From Octopus bimaculoides (Eukaryota), in assembly GCF_001194135.2 (NCBI RefSeq), contig NC_068988.1, forward strand, positions 92,961,280 through 93,009,391: DNA of 48,112 bases. The letters run 5' to 3'. The notes beneath the pieces were generated by a model. That model worked only from the letters and a program-made list of their open reading frames with translations, was not told the origin of the DNA and did not search any database. Positions 1 through 10,022 of the stretch are shown here, piece after piece; position 1 is the stretch's first letter, and each line of letters starts with the position of its first letter. The position numbers were made by a program, and so were the translations under genes.

Positions 1-268
1 AAATATTCCTAATTTACCCGACTATGCACCATTTGGATGCTTGTAACAACAATCCACAATTCAGTTGATTTTTTTTTTCACAATTTTTTTCATTTCAGCT
101 TCCTCGAAAATGGTACCATTAACTAAAATGAGAATAAATGTTCTGCTCAAGTAAAATACATCGTTCACGAAATTTTGTATCCGGACTGTTGCCATAGTAA
201 CGAAACTAAAGCACGCAGTGTAAAGCCACTTGGCACAGATTGACCTTGGACTCTGCTCTGTAGATACA

Positions 269-438
269 CTAAGTTTTAACGTTCTAGCCCACTTCTGCTG
301 TTTACAACAGTGCTTGGAAGGAACATGTGTAGTGTGTGATCGTCGTATAGACCATGACAAAGAAAGTTGAACAGAGAATTTGCATCAAATTTTGCCAAAG
401 GCTTGGCGATACCTGCTCAGAGGCCAACGCAAAGCTTT
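269..438 (+). mobile_element. Mariner transposon 5' fragment (transposase N-terminus)
   Basis: ATG at 354 reads MTKKVEQRICIKFCQRLGDTCSEANAKL, resembling the EQRxCIKFC mariner N-terminal HTH. The leader matches 1620-1709 in inverted orientation. Confidence 0.75.
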
Positions 439-535
439 CATCATTCTCTTAAATATACAGTTCTATATTTAAGAGATGAGGAAAATGTACATTATTTACA
501 TTTGACGTATATTTGTCCTCATCTTGTTTGTTGTT

Positions 536-581
536 AATACAACGTTTCGGCTGATATATTCTACAGCCTTGATCAGGTATA
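536..581 (-). ncRNA. Hammerhead ribozyme motif, type I minimal (copy 1, core G8>C)
   Basis: tatac-CTGATCA-a-ggctg[tagaatatat]cagcc-GAAA-c-GTT-gtatt. Stem II is perfect and stem I pairs ATAC/GTAT. Confidence 0.65.
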
Positions 582-646
582 TTGGGGACATTTCGAACCT
601 AAGATATTTTTCGATGTTGTTGTTGTTATTATTATTATTATTATTC

Positions 647-720
647 AGGTCACTGTCTGGAATCGAACTCAAAATCTTGGGGTTAGTAGCCCGCGCTCTT
701 AACCACTACACCATATGCCC
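647..720 (-). other. tRNA-like Pol III head (A box 703-713, B box 659-668) inside the Penelope arm
   Basis: Minus strand ggcatatGGTGTAGTGGttaagagcgcgggctactaaccccaagattttgaGTTCGATTCCagacagtgacc, tRNA-Arg-like. The acceptor stem does not pair, so it is not a functional tRNA. Confidence 0.7.
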
Positions 721-1019
721 GTGTGCAATTATGGAGTGAATTTTATGGCTTATATATCTAATATTCTCCTATCGTTCTTTAATACCGGTTCCCATATGTT
801 ACTTATATCTATACTCGGTCTGCTTAGGAGGTTGTTGTGTCCTAGCATATTTGCTGCTTCTTTTTGTTTTCGTATTTTCCAATGGTATTCTCTGTCTAAT
901 ATTTTAACTTCATCCCACGGGGAAGGGAGGTCACCATTTTTAAGTAAGGATAGGAAAATATTAGATTTATAAGCCCTAAAATTCACTCCATAATTACCCA
1001 CGGGCATATGTCGTAGTGA

Positions 1020-1081
<62 letters not shown>

Positions 1082-1134
1082 GCAACATCGAAAAATATCT
1101 TAGGAATGAGAACCCAAGTTCGAAATTTCCCCAA

Positions 1135-1180
1135 GACACCTGATGAAGGCTGGAGGGTATATCAGCCGAAACGTTGTATT
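1135..1180 (+). ncRNA. Hammerhead ribozyme motif, type I minimal (copy 2, intact core)
   Basis: gacac-CTGATGA-a-ggctg[gagggtatat]cagcc-GAAA-c-GTT-gtatt. It has the canonical CUGAUGA/GAAA core, a 5-bp stem II and a palindromic AACGTT helix III, with one stem I mismatch. Confidence 0.8.
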
Positions 1181-1239
1181 AACAACAAACAAGTTGAGGA
1201 CAAATATCCGTCAAATGTAAATAATGTAAATAAGGAGAT

Positions 1240-1709
1240 CTTGTGCAACTGAAACCCGAGTGTCTTTTTGATCAGCTGAAAGCACTTTTGACACAAACTT
1301 GGCAAACATGCGTTTCATACCCAAATCTTCAGTGATAATGGATTGAACTGAACCATAACTAATCTGCACATCCTCTGATAACTCACGGATGGTGATTCAA
1401 CCATTTCCCCTCATTCTGCACGCACATCTGTAATGTTTTTATCAGTTTTTGCTGGTTGCGGGTCTCCCAGAACGTTCGTCACTATCGACATTTTCTCGGC
1501 CATCTTGGAAATTTCTGAACCCCTCGTACACTTGTGTGTTGCACATACACTCCTCTCCATACGCTTTCTGCAACATCGCATAGGCCTCTGATCAGATATC
1601 GCCATGACAACTTTCTCTGTCATGGTCAATGCAACAATCACACGCTACACACCTTCCTTCCAAACCAATGATGTAAACAGCAGAAGTAAACTAGAACGTT
1701 AAAACTTAG
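1240..1709 (-). mobile_element. Degenerate mariner transposon 5' part
   Basis: Frameshifted minus-strand translation AYAMLQKAYGEECM..QVYEGFRNFQDGRENVDSDERSGRP..TIRELSEDVQISYGSVQSIITEDLGMKRMFAKFV, typical of mariner HTH domains. Confidence 0.8.
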
Positions 1710-2403
1710 GCACACACACATACACACATTCACACACACATACATAGACACATCCATCCATGCATGCATACATACATACATACATAATGCATACATACAT
1801 ACATGCATACATACATACATACAAAAATACCCTGTTGTTGGTGTTGAAATTCTAGTGAAGGAACCTTGGATCTAGGTTAGAAACCAGCTCTTTCTCTATT
1901 GGCAAGAAACCTTTAAATAAACTGAACAATGTCATTCAAACATATATACAGACATATAGACATCCATACATACACACCCACATACATACATACGCACGTA
2001 CATACATACACACATATATATGCATTCATACATACATACATATATACACACACATACATACAGATATACATCATACACTCTTACATAAATACATACTTAC
2101 GCTTACACGTACATACATATATAAGTACATGCACACATGCATACATACATAACATAATTACATACATACATACACACACGCGCACACATACATACATACA
2201 TCACCATGTTACCACGTACATCAGACCAAAATGCACATTTTTACCGCGAGTGTGACTTGCATTATTTTCGGTTTTCCTTCGTCTTACCTCTTCCTTTTGC
2301 ACTCTACATACATTCGAAGAAAAGCAAATGTCGGAAACGTCATAACAACTATTCGTTTAATACTTTTGATTGTTAATTAATCCCAACTTCTTTCTGTGTT
2401 CTT

Positions 2404-2441
<38 letters not shown>

Positions 2442-2570
2442 ACCCCCACTCTCTCTTCCCTCTTTGTCCTCCCTTCCCCCTCTCTCCCCCTTTCTCCGCC
2501 CATGCTCTCTCTCTCTTTCTCTCACTCTAACTTCATACATGCATGTATATGTATATATATATATATATAT
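1710..2570. repeat. Compound (CA)/(CATA)/(CT)/(TA) microsatellite tract ending at an assembly gap
   Basis: Directly visible simple repeats; these generate the spurious HTHT/YIYI/SLSL ORFs. Confidence 0.9.
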
Positions 2571-3195
2571 NNNNNNNNNNNNNNNNNNNNNNNNNNNNNN
2601 NNNNNNNNNNNNNNNNNNNNNNNNNNNNNNNNNNNNNNNNNNNNNNNNNNNNNNNNNNNNNNNNNNNNNNNNNNNNNNNNNNNNNNNNNNNNNNNNNNNN
2701 NNNNNNNNNNNNNNNNNNNNNNNNNNNNNNNNNNNNNNNNNNNNNNNNNNNNNNNNNNNNNNNNNNNNNNNNNNNNNNNNNNNNNNNNNNNNNNNNNNNN
2801 NNNNNNNNNNNNNNNNNNNNNNNNNNNNNNNNNNNNNNNNNNNNNNNNNNNNNNNNNNNNNNNNNNNNNNNNNNNNNNNNNNNNNNNNNNNNNNNNNNNN
2901 NNNNNNNNNNNNNNNNNNNNNNNNNNNNNNNNNNNNNNNNNNNNNNNNNNNNNNNNNNNNNNNNNNNNNNNNNNNNNNNNNNNNNNNNNNNNNNNNNNNN
3001 NNNNNNNNNNNNNNNNNNNNNNNNNNNNNNNNNNNNNNNNNNNNNNNNNNNNNNNNNNNNNNNNNNNNNNNNNNNNNNNNNNNNNNNNNNNNNNNNNNNN
3101 NNNNNNNNNNNNNNNNNNNNNNNNNNNNNNNNNNNNNNNNNNNNNNNNNNNNNNNNNNNNNNNNNNNNNNNNNCTTTTGTAAATATATATATATA

Positions 3196-3295
3196 ATGGA
3201 CTCTCCCGTCGTTAGACAAACTATGAGGGTTCGACAATTTCTTACTGAACAACCACACACATGATTTGTTTATACTGATCAAATGCTTGTGTAGA
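3196..3295 (-). mobile_element. Fragment of a dispersed repeat (same family as 30917-31010)
   Basis: atggactctcccgtcgttag..gagggttcgacaatttcttac..atgatttgtttatactgatcaaatgcttgtgt recurs at 30917-31010. Confidence 0.65.
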
Positions 3296-3338
3296 AAATG
3301 GAAAGTTTAAACTGATATGTTAATTTATTAACATAATA

Positions 3339-3382
<44 letters not shown>

Positions 3383-3406
3383 GTATAATCCCAACAATTG
3401 TTCCGA

Positions 3407-3448
<42 letters not shown>

Positions 3449-4564
3449 TTTATGTCATACTGACGATTTCTAAAAGGAATGAAATAGTGTTGTTATACAT
3501 GATTAAGGCTGACTAGAAGTTCTCTGACCAAAATAAAATTAAATATGTGTCTCTTCTGTATATCTTTTTCCTGAATCCTTAATTTCGAATTCAAATATCT
3601 AATCCCTTCATATATTATGATTATTTTCTTGTATTAACTACTCATTTTTCCACCTGTATGTGTGTGTGTGTGTGTGTGTGCGTTCATGCGCATTTGTGTG
3701 TATGCATGTATTAGTTTGCATACAATTACATATATAGATAAACACACAGGAAAAGAAAAGCATGATTATACTGATACAAATTGCAGATTATCCTAGACGT
3801 TGATATGCAAGGATGTAGGCTTAGAAGCCTCGATAACACCATCGATGAAGATTAGAGAAATAGAGTGATGGTTTAACAGATAGAAAAGAATATTCAAAAT
3901 ACATAGATACATACTCACACGCACACACATACAGATACATACATATATGTATATGTATGTATGTATATANNNNNNNNNNNNNNNNNNNNNNNNNNNNNNN
4001 NNNNNNNNNNNNNNNNNNNNNNNNNNNNNNNNNNNNNNNNNNNNNNNNNNNNNNNNNNNNNNNNNNNNNGTTATTTGCGTATATGGGGAACAAATAATAT
4101 AAACTACATCAAGTATTTATCATAGTTTTAGTATAATTTTTAATATATCTTACATTGTGTTTGTCGACCGTTTTCGCTTTCGCTAATCATGACATTAAAA
4201 TTTATTCAAATACGCATTTTCTAAAGAAAAATCTCTTTGTTCACGTTGTGCGTGTAGTTCATGAATGAATGATTCAACAAGTAGAAAAATATAAGGGGAG
4301 GTAATTGATTATCGTTATTAATGTGGACAGGGGAAATAATTGTTCCTCTCTCCTGTCCTCAATAATAACGGTAACTTCCCTTTAGACATTTCTACTTGTT
4401 GAATGATTCATTCATAAACTCCACAGACATGGACAAAAAAATAATATGAGTGTAGACATGTATGCGTGTGTATATGTATGTATGTTTGTTTGGATGGATG
4501 GAAGGATGCAGTTTATGGAGGGAGGGAGAGAAGGAGGGGTGCACGGATATGTGAGGGTGCATAT

Positions 4565-4800
4565 CCTTGTGGTTAGAGTGATGCTCTAACAATCGCGAAA
4601 TTATGGTTTCAATTCCTGGACTGGGCGGTGCGTTGTGTTCTGGAGAAAGGTCACTTCATCTGGTGTTGTTACCCAGCAATCCCTTCGACACCTCACCTGT
4701 GGTACACCGTGCACCTATTCAGGCAACATCGGTTTGACTGAGGGAATTTGCTAAAGTACAGCAGAATTATTTCATTACTATAAAGAAATCGTATGTGCCG
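4565..4800 (+). mobile_element. Old tRNA-derived SINE (related to the inverted copy at about 31020-31180)
   Basis: Degenerate A/B boxes (gtggttagag..gtttcaattcc). The body cgacacctcacctgtggtacaccgtgcacc matches the reverse complement of 31040-31085. Confidence 0.55.
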
Positions 4801-5959
4801 GTTATCCAGCAAGAATTTGGAAGACCGTTTTTTCTCGGACCACGCGAGACTTCCACCATTATCAGTGACGGAGTGGCCAGGTTGACAGCTTGCCCGATGG
4901 CAAGTGGGCCTCTACGCCATTAGAACCCATATATGGGGCCCATGTTAGTATCTAAGGGACCCTTCCCCTCAAGTTTTAGAGTTTTATATTCACTCCTGGA
5001 AGAATGTATTAATTATTTCAACCTGGCAGTGTCTGTAGGCAGTTGAAAAGAATACATTTAATAAATAAAAAATTAAATGATGGCATTGTGGTTGCGAGTG
5101 AACCCCTTGTAGTTGCGGGTGGGGCCCCCTTGTAATTGCTGGAGGGCTTACTTAGTCACCTGGCAACCAATATTTTTAGACCCAGTCTGCCACTGACCAT
5201 CAACATGTATGTATGTATGTATGTGTGTGTTATGTACGAATCGCTGCTCGTTGGGTGCACAGGACTCAACTATTTTATCCTCGCACTTGATGCGCTGGTA
5301 TCGAGAGTGTTCAGCAGAATATTTGCATATTTGTTTCAGGAGTCCCATATTGAGAAACACAGGAGGACAGCGTGTTCGTTTTTGTGTACGTGTGTGTATA
5401 ATCACACACAAATTTCTTTATTATTATTTTTGCTAAAATAAAAATCACTGAAACAGATTTATAAACTTATAAACTTATGTTGAAATAAATATATTACAAC
5501 TTATTTCGTTTCTTGTGGGTTTCTTCGAAGTTGATGCCTTTTTCTTTTTCTTTTTCAAAAGAACAATTATTCGTTATTATGCCCTCCCTTGGTTGGAGCA
5601 CTCTTCAATTACAGCTTATCAAAGTTAAAATAAGGAAAAACAAAGGATTTATCTAACCAAAAAGACTATCGGAGCATGAGGATCTGTAAGAAAGGCAGAA
5701 CTAAAGTTATCGGTCCATATTTGGTGTACAAGCGTTGGAAGTGTGCGTGTGTAATATATATATTACATACACTCACACATATAGAGCTGTGAGCTAGCAG
5801 AATCGTTAGCACGCCGAGCAAAATGCTTAGCTGTGTCCAGTCTCTGTGAATTCCTTCGTGTCATATGAAATTGGTGAATTATTGTGAATACTGCTGTGTT
5901 GCTCTGTGAAAACTGTGAATTATTCTAATTTTGTCTCTGTGATAATTGTGATTTTTGTG

Positions 5960-6122
5960 GAATTTATTGTGTTTACATCCCCGTAACTTAGCAGTTCGGC
6001 AAAAGACACCGATACAATAAGTACTAGGCTTACAAAGAATAAGTCCTGGGATCGATTTGCTCGACTAAAGGCGGTGCTCCAGCTTGGCTACAGTCAAATG
6101 ATTGAAACAACTAAAAGAGTAA
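5960..6122 (+). mobile_element. 3' tail of the dominant SINE family (family A)
   Basis: ccccgtaacttagc..aataagtactaggcttacaaagaataagtcctggg..ggcggtgctccagc..cagtcaaatga tail, recurring many times in the window. Confidence 0.85.
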
Positions 6123-6627
6123 CATACCCCACGCTTGTATTTCATTTAGAGCGACGACTCGATCATGGGAGATAACTCAGCAGTTACTGTGTATTGATAT
6201 AAAGCTGCGTTATTTACCTTTGATGGGTGACTTGCTTTGAAATCCTAACAGCCAAGATGATATTGATATTGAATAAACATCTGAATACGTGAGCCTCTAT
6301 GTGGTTGCCTGAACTGCTAGAAACAGCAACTCGACATTTTTCAAACAAATCCCTATTTTTTTTTTAACGGTTGGAAATATTAACGAGTGAATGAAATCTA
6401 AGCAAATAGTCTCAATAAAAAATACAAAAATAAAGGGACAGGATATTTCCTTTTTTGTCTCGGAAGATTTTGTCCGGAGACTTCTGTTATTATGGATGAC
6501 CTGAAGGGCAGTAACTCATATCATATTACCACTACCACATCTGTGACCGAGATAGTTATGAAGTTTAAAGGACTCAAAACTAAACAAGTTTTCGCAGATC
6601 ACTGCAACTAAATAAATATTGTTATAC

Positions 6628-6782
6628 CTGTGGCTGTGTGGTAAGAAGCTTGCTTCTCAGCCACATGGTTTCGGGTTCATTCCCACTGCGTGTCACCTTG
6701 TGCGGTGTCCTCTGCTATAACCTCGGGCCGACCAAAGTCTTATAAGTGGATTTGGTACACGGAAACTGAAAGAAGCCCGTCG

Positions 6783-6822
<40 letters not shown>

Positions 6823-7030
6823 TATATTCCCACACACACACCGTCACTTGACAACCGATGATGGTGTGTTTATGTCCCCGTCACTTAGCGTTTCGGCAAA
6901 AAAAAAAACCGATAGAATAAGTACCAAGTTTACAACGAATAAGTCCTGGGGTCGATTCGTTGGACTAAAAGGCGGTGCTCCAGTATGACCGCAGTCAAAT
7001 GACTGAAACAAGTAACAGAGTAAAAAAGTA
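6628..7030 (+). mobile_element. Full-length family A tRNA-derived SINE (head, internal (TA)n/(CA)n, tail)
   Basis: Head ggctgtgtggtaagaagcttgcttc..ggttcattccc..cggaaactgaaagaagcccgtcg, then a microsatellite, then the conserved tail. Other copies or parts lie near 7105-7260(-), 12925-13085(-), 17015-17100(-), 19955-20090, 22225-22360, 27170-27570(-), 27636-27760, 28660-28830, 30733-31350, 34015-34560, 34785-35140 and 42565-42700. Confidence 0.88.
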
Positions 7031-8259
7031 TAAAAATTCGGTTGTCTGTCATTCTCATCACTCTTTTCACTATAATCATTAAATCACTCATTAATCATAT
7101 TAGTCTTTTGTTCGTTTCAGTCATTAGACTGCGACCATGCTGGAGTACCAATTTAAAGAATTTTTAGTGGAATGAATCGATCCCAATATTTATTTTCTCA
7201 TGCCTGGTACTTGTTCTATCGGTGACATTTGCCGAACCGCTACGTTATTCAACCTCAGAACTTATTCTAAGTCTAATTCTTTCAGTCTTTTTTATATCGA
7301 ATCGTTAGATAATGGGCACATAAGCAGAGTATATATCTTACATATTGTTGCAAGAATAGGAGAGACAGTGACTTCGAAGTTTCGGCCTGCTAACCTTCGT
7401 CTCATTACGTAATGCGTGGGTGGCGGAGGCGCTCGAGTATATGTATGTATGATAGGTTTGTCACAGATTTTGTCCACTGAATTAACTCCCAAGTGATTCC
7501 TCTCAACACCCAGCGCCCACTTGAAATTTGTCGCCTCCTTTGAGAGTTTACAACAGCCACATGAGGGCGTTGCTCCCCAGGTGAAAAAAAATTCCACTGG
7601 TCTAGCGTTATCGATCTATTGATTACAGTTTATTATTCAACTGACTGCCTCCGTACCACTGATATGAACCATCAAGTCTGGCCTGGGGTTAAACACAACA
7701 ATGAAATCGATTCCGGTCTGATTCTTACCTAATATCATTACTTTTATTATTCTGCAACGGCCACATAGGTAACGCTCTAACTATGGAACAAAATCTGTTA
7801 TACACAACATTTATAATATTCGTAAACTATCTTTATTGATATTTTCCAATCAATAAGCTCAGTAGGAAAGCTCTGTGAGTTCAAGTCCATCCATATGTAC
7901 CTTTCTCTGATACGAAAACGAGGCTGTGTATTACGAGTTCCTTTCATCGATTTATTTACGTTGTCGTACAGGAACAGAATTATATTTTAATATTATAGAC
8001 ATTATGTCATCGATGTTGTTCCATAGATAATACTTGACGGAAGATGAAAATAATCGACAACTGATAGAAGATGGAATGAAGTATATATATATGTATATAG
8101 AATAAATTTGGAGTGCTATAAAGTAACATATTTTCTAGCAAATACTCTTACGTCATACCACAGATATTTTACAAGCCAATAAAAAGTGTCCTTGCAGTCA
8201 CCCAATCAGCATTGAGTTAATGTGGATACTTGCTCTGTGTGTGCGCTCTCTGATAACCC

Positions 8260-8754
8260 ATGAGTGATGAGGAGTTTAGTGGAGTTCATATTCGACATTG
8301 CATGCTTTACAGCTTCTGTAAGAACAACGCAACATGTGCAACAGTATGCATATGTAGTGTATGGAGCAAGTGTTGAGTCTTATCCCGATCTTCTGTGCAA
8401 AATTATCTCAAGTAGATTAAGAAAATGTATAGAGAGGGGAAGTGAGTACCACTGGAGCTGTCTTCCAAGAATAAAGTAGTGCATCCAACAATATATCTCA
8501 AGAAATAATAAATTCATTGGGCTAGGAAGCTCTACCTCACCAGACCAAGCACTATCAGATTTTTCACTTTTTTGACGGGAGTGGGTGTCACTTCAATGCT
8601 TCCCCAGTGGAAGAACATTCAGAAGGGATAGTGTTGAAACAGTAACCAAAATATTTTTCTCTTCAAAAGAATCTGATTTACCTGAAATGGAAAACTAGTT
8701 TTCAGGTGGAGAAACGTTATTACAAATGATGGTGATTATATTTTGAATGAATAA
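8260..8754 (+). mobile_element. Internally deleted mariner transposon remnant (Mos1/Hsmar-like)
   Basis: N-terminus MSDEEFSGVHIRHCMLYSFCKNNATCAT resembles HxRHCMLYEF. SPDQALSDFSLF at about 8538-8575 resembles the YSPDLAPSD motif. C-terminus RWRNVITNDGDYILNE*. The DD34D core is missing. Confidence 0.75.
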
Positions 8755-9185
8755 ATATATTAAGATGTTTTATGCTGACTTGAAGTTATTACGTGAAATG
8801 CTGCTACATTCTCTTCAGTATCCCTAATACTTTTCATCATCATCATCGTTTAATGTCCGCTTTCCATGCTGGCATGGGTTGGACAGTTTGACTCGAGGGT
8901 GGCAAGCCATGACACTTGCTAGTCAAATTCACATATATATATATTCATGTACAATCTTATACATATACACACGCAAATATTCTATCACCTCTTGTAGAAC
9001 ATTAGTCACTTCTTTTCCAGAACACTTCACCAGATTTCAGTTACCATTTTTTGATGCCTACATTGAAGTAAATTTATCTTTTTGTGACTCAGACTTTTCA
9101 GTTAAACAGATTTGTGGGTAGAGAATCTATTCCCATTCTGTTTACAAATGAATAAAACAATAAAATCAAATTCATTATATTTCAC

Positions 9186-9386
9186 CTTTGACTGAATCTA
9201 TATTCTTCAACAACTTCAATAATGAACCTCCTTATGTTGTTAAGCTTTTCGTCAGCTCTGTTCAAACACTTATGATCAATATATTCCTCCCATGACCATC
9301 CAGGCAATGTATCATGCATTACATTATCCACCGAGTCACATTTTAAATTACTAAGACACAGTTTGAAGTGATTTGGGAAGTTATAT
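9186..9386 (-). other. Candidate orphan coding exon (201 nt, phase 2-2)
   Basis: Acceptor ttactctttctactag| and donor caaag|gtgaaa, with an open non-repetitive frame YNFPNHFKLCLSNLKCDSVDNVMHDTLPGWSWEEYIDHKCL..YRFSQ. Product not recognised. Confidence 0.3.
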
Positions 9387-9942
9387 CTAGTAGAAAGAGT
9401 AACCATATAGAAGCACCATCCGAGCGTGATCATTGCCAGGGCCGCTGACTGGCTCCTGTGCTGGTGGCACATAAAAAGCACCATTTGAGTGTGTTCGTTA
9501 CCAGCATCACCTTAATGGCACTCGTGCCAGTGGCATGTAGAAAACAACATTCGAGCAACATCGTTGCCAGTGCCGCTGGGGGTGGGGGTGGGGGTCAATG
9601 TAATCGACTATCCACTCCCCCAAAATTGCTGATCTTGAGACAAATATTTGAAACAGAAATATCCAACAACTAAAGTTAAACGTGTCCGCAACGACGGACA
9701 TTGTAAGAGACCAACAGGATTTCCCCTGTCAAACAACCAGGACTGAAAGATAAAGGGCCATTTTCATTAGTTAAGTACTCAAGCAGGATTAATTTTTCAG
9801 ACATCCTAAAAGAAAATTTGATAGGAAATTTATTTTCAATTACAGAACTAATTTCAAAACTGAAATTTTTTTTTTTTTTTCTGAAATGAAAAATATTTTT
9901 GGATATTTTATTACATGTGAAAAAAAAATTAGGGATAAAAAC

Positions 9943-10022
<80 letters not shown>

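Larger units (their letters stand above)
441..1232. mobile_element. Penelope-like element 3' fragment with inverted pseudo-LTR arms (about 487-772 and 949-1228)
   Basis: The minus strand 917-750 encodes WDEVKILDREYHWKIRKQKEAANML..SNIWEPVL, resembling the GIY-YIG C-terminus of Penelope elements. The arms are reverse complements of each other and each carries a hammerhead motif. Confidence 0.8.
5649..7405 (-). other. Candidate small spliced gene or spliced leader (exons 7405-7342, 6280-6218, 5683-5649)
   Basis: Donors T|gtaaga and AAG|gtaaat, acceptors gtattcag| and ttctgcctttcttacag|. They join in frame to a 53-aa ORF that I do not recognise. Confidence 0.25.

Noticed and set aside
647-720. 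Possible tRNA gene (also 24803-24880, 44368-44440 and the SINE heads)
   Set aside because: A and B boxes are present but the acceptor stem does not pair and each is fused to a repeat body. These are SINE-type heads, not tRNA genes.
1638-2255. ORFs rich in HT/YI/CV/SL dipeptides and all X-filled ORFs across gaps
   Set aside because: These are translations of microsatellites or N runs, with no coding signal.
5240-5400. CpG-containing patch with an octamer ATTTGCAT (5321-5328) and several 75-100 aa ORFs
   Set aside because: No consistent splice sites or recognisable product, and a lone octamer is expected by chance.
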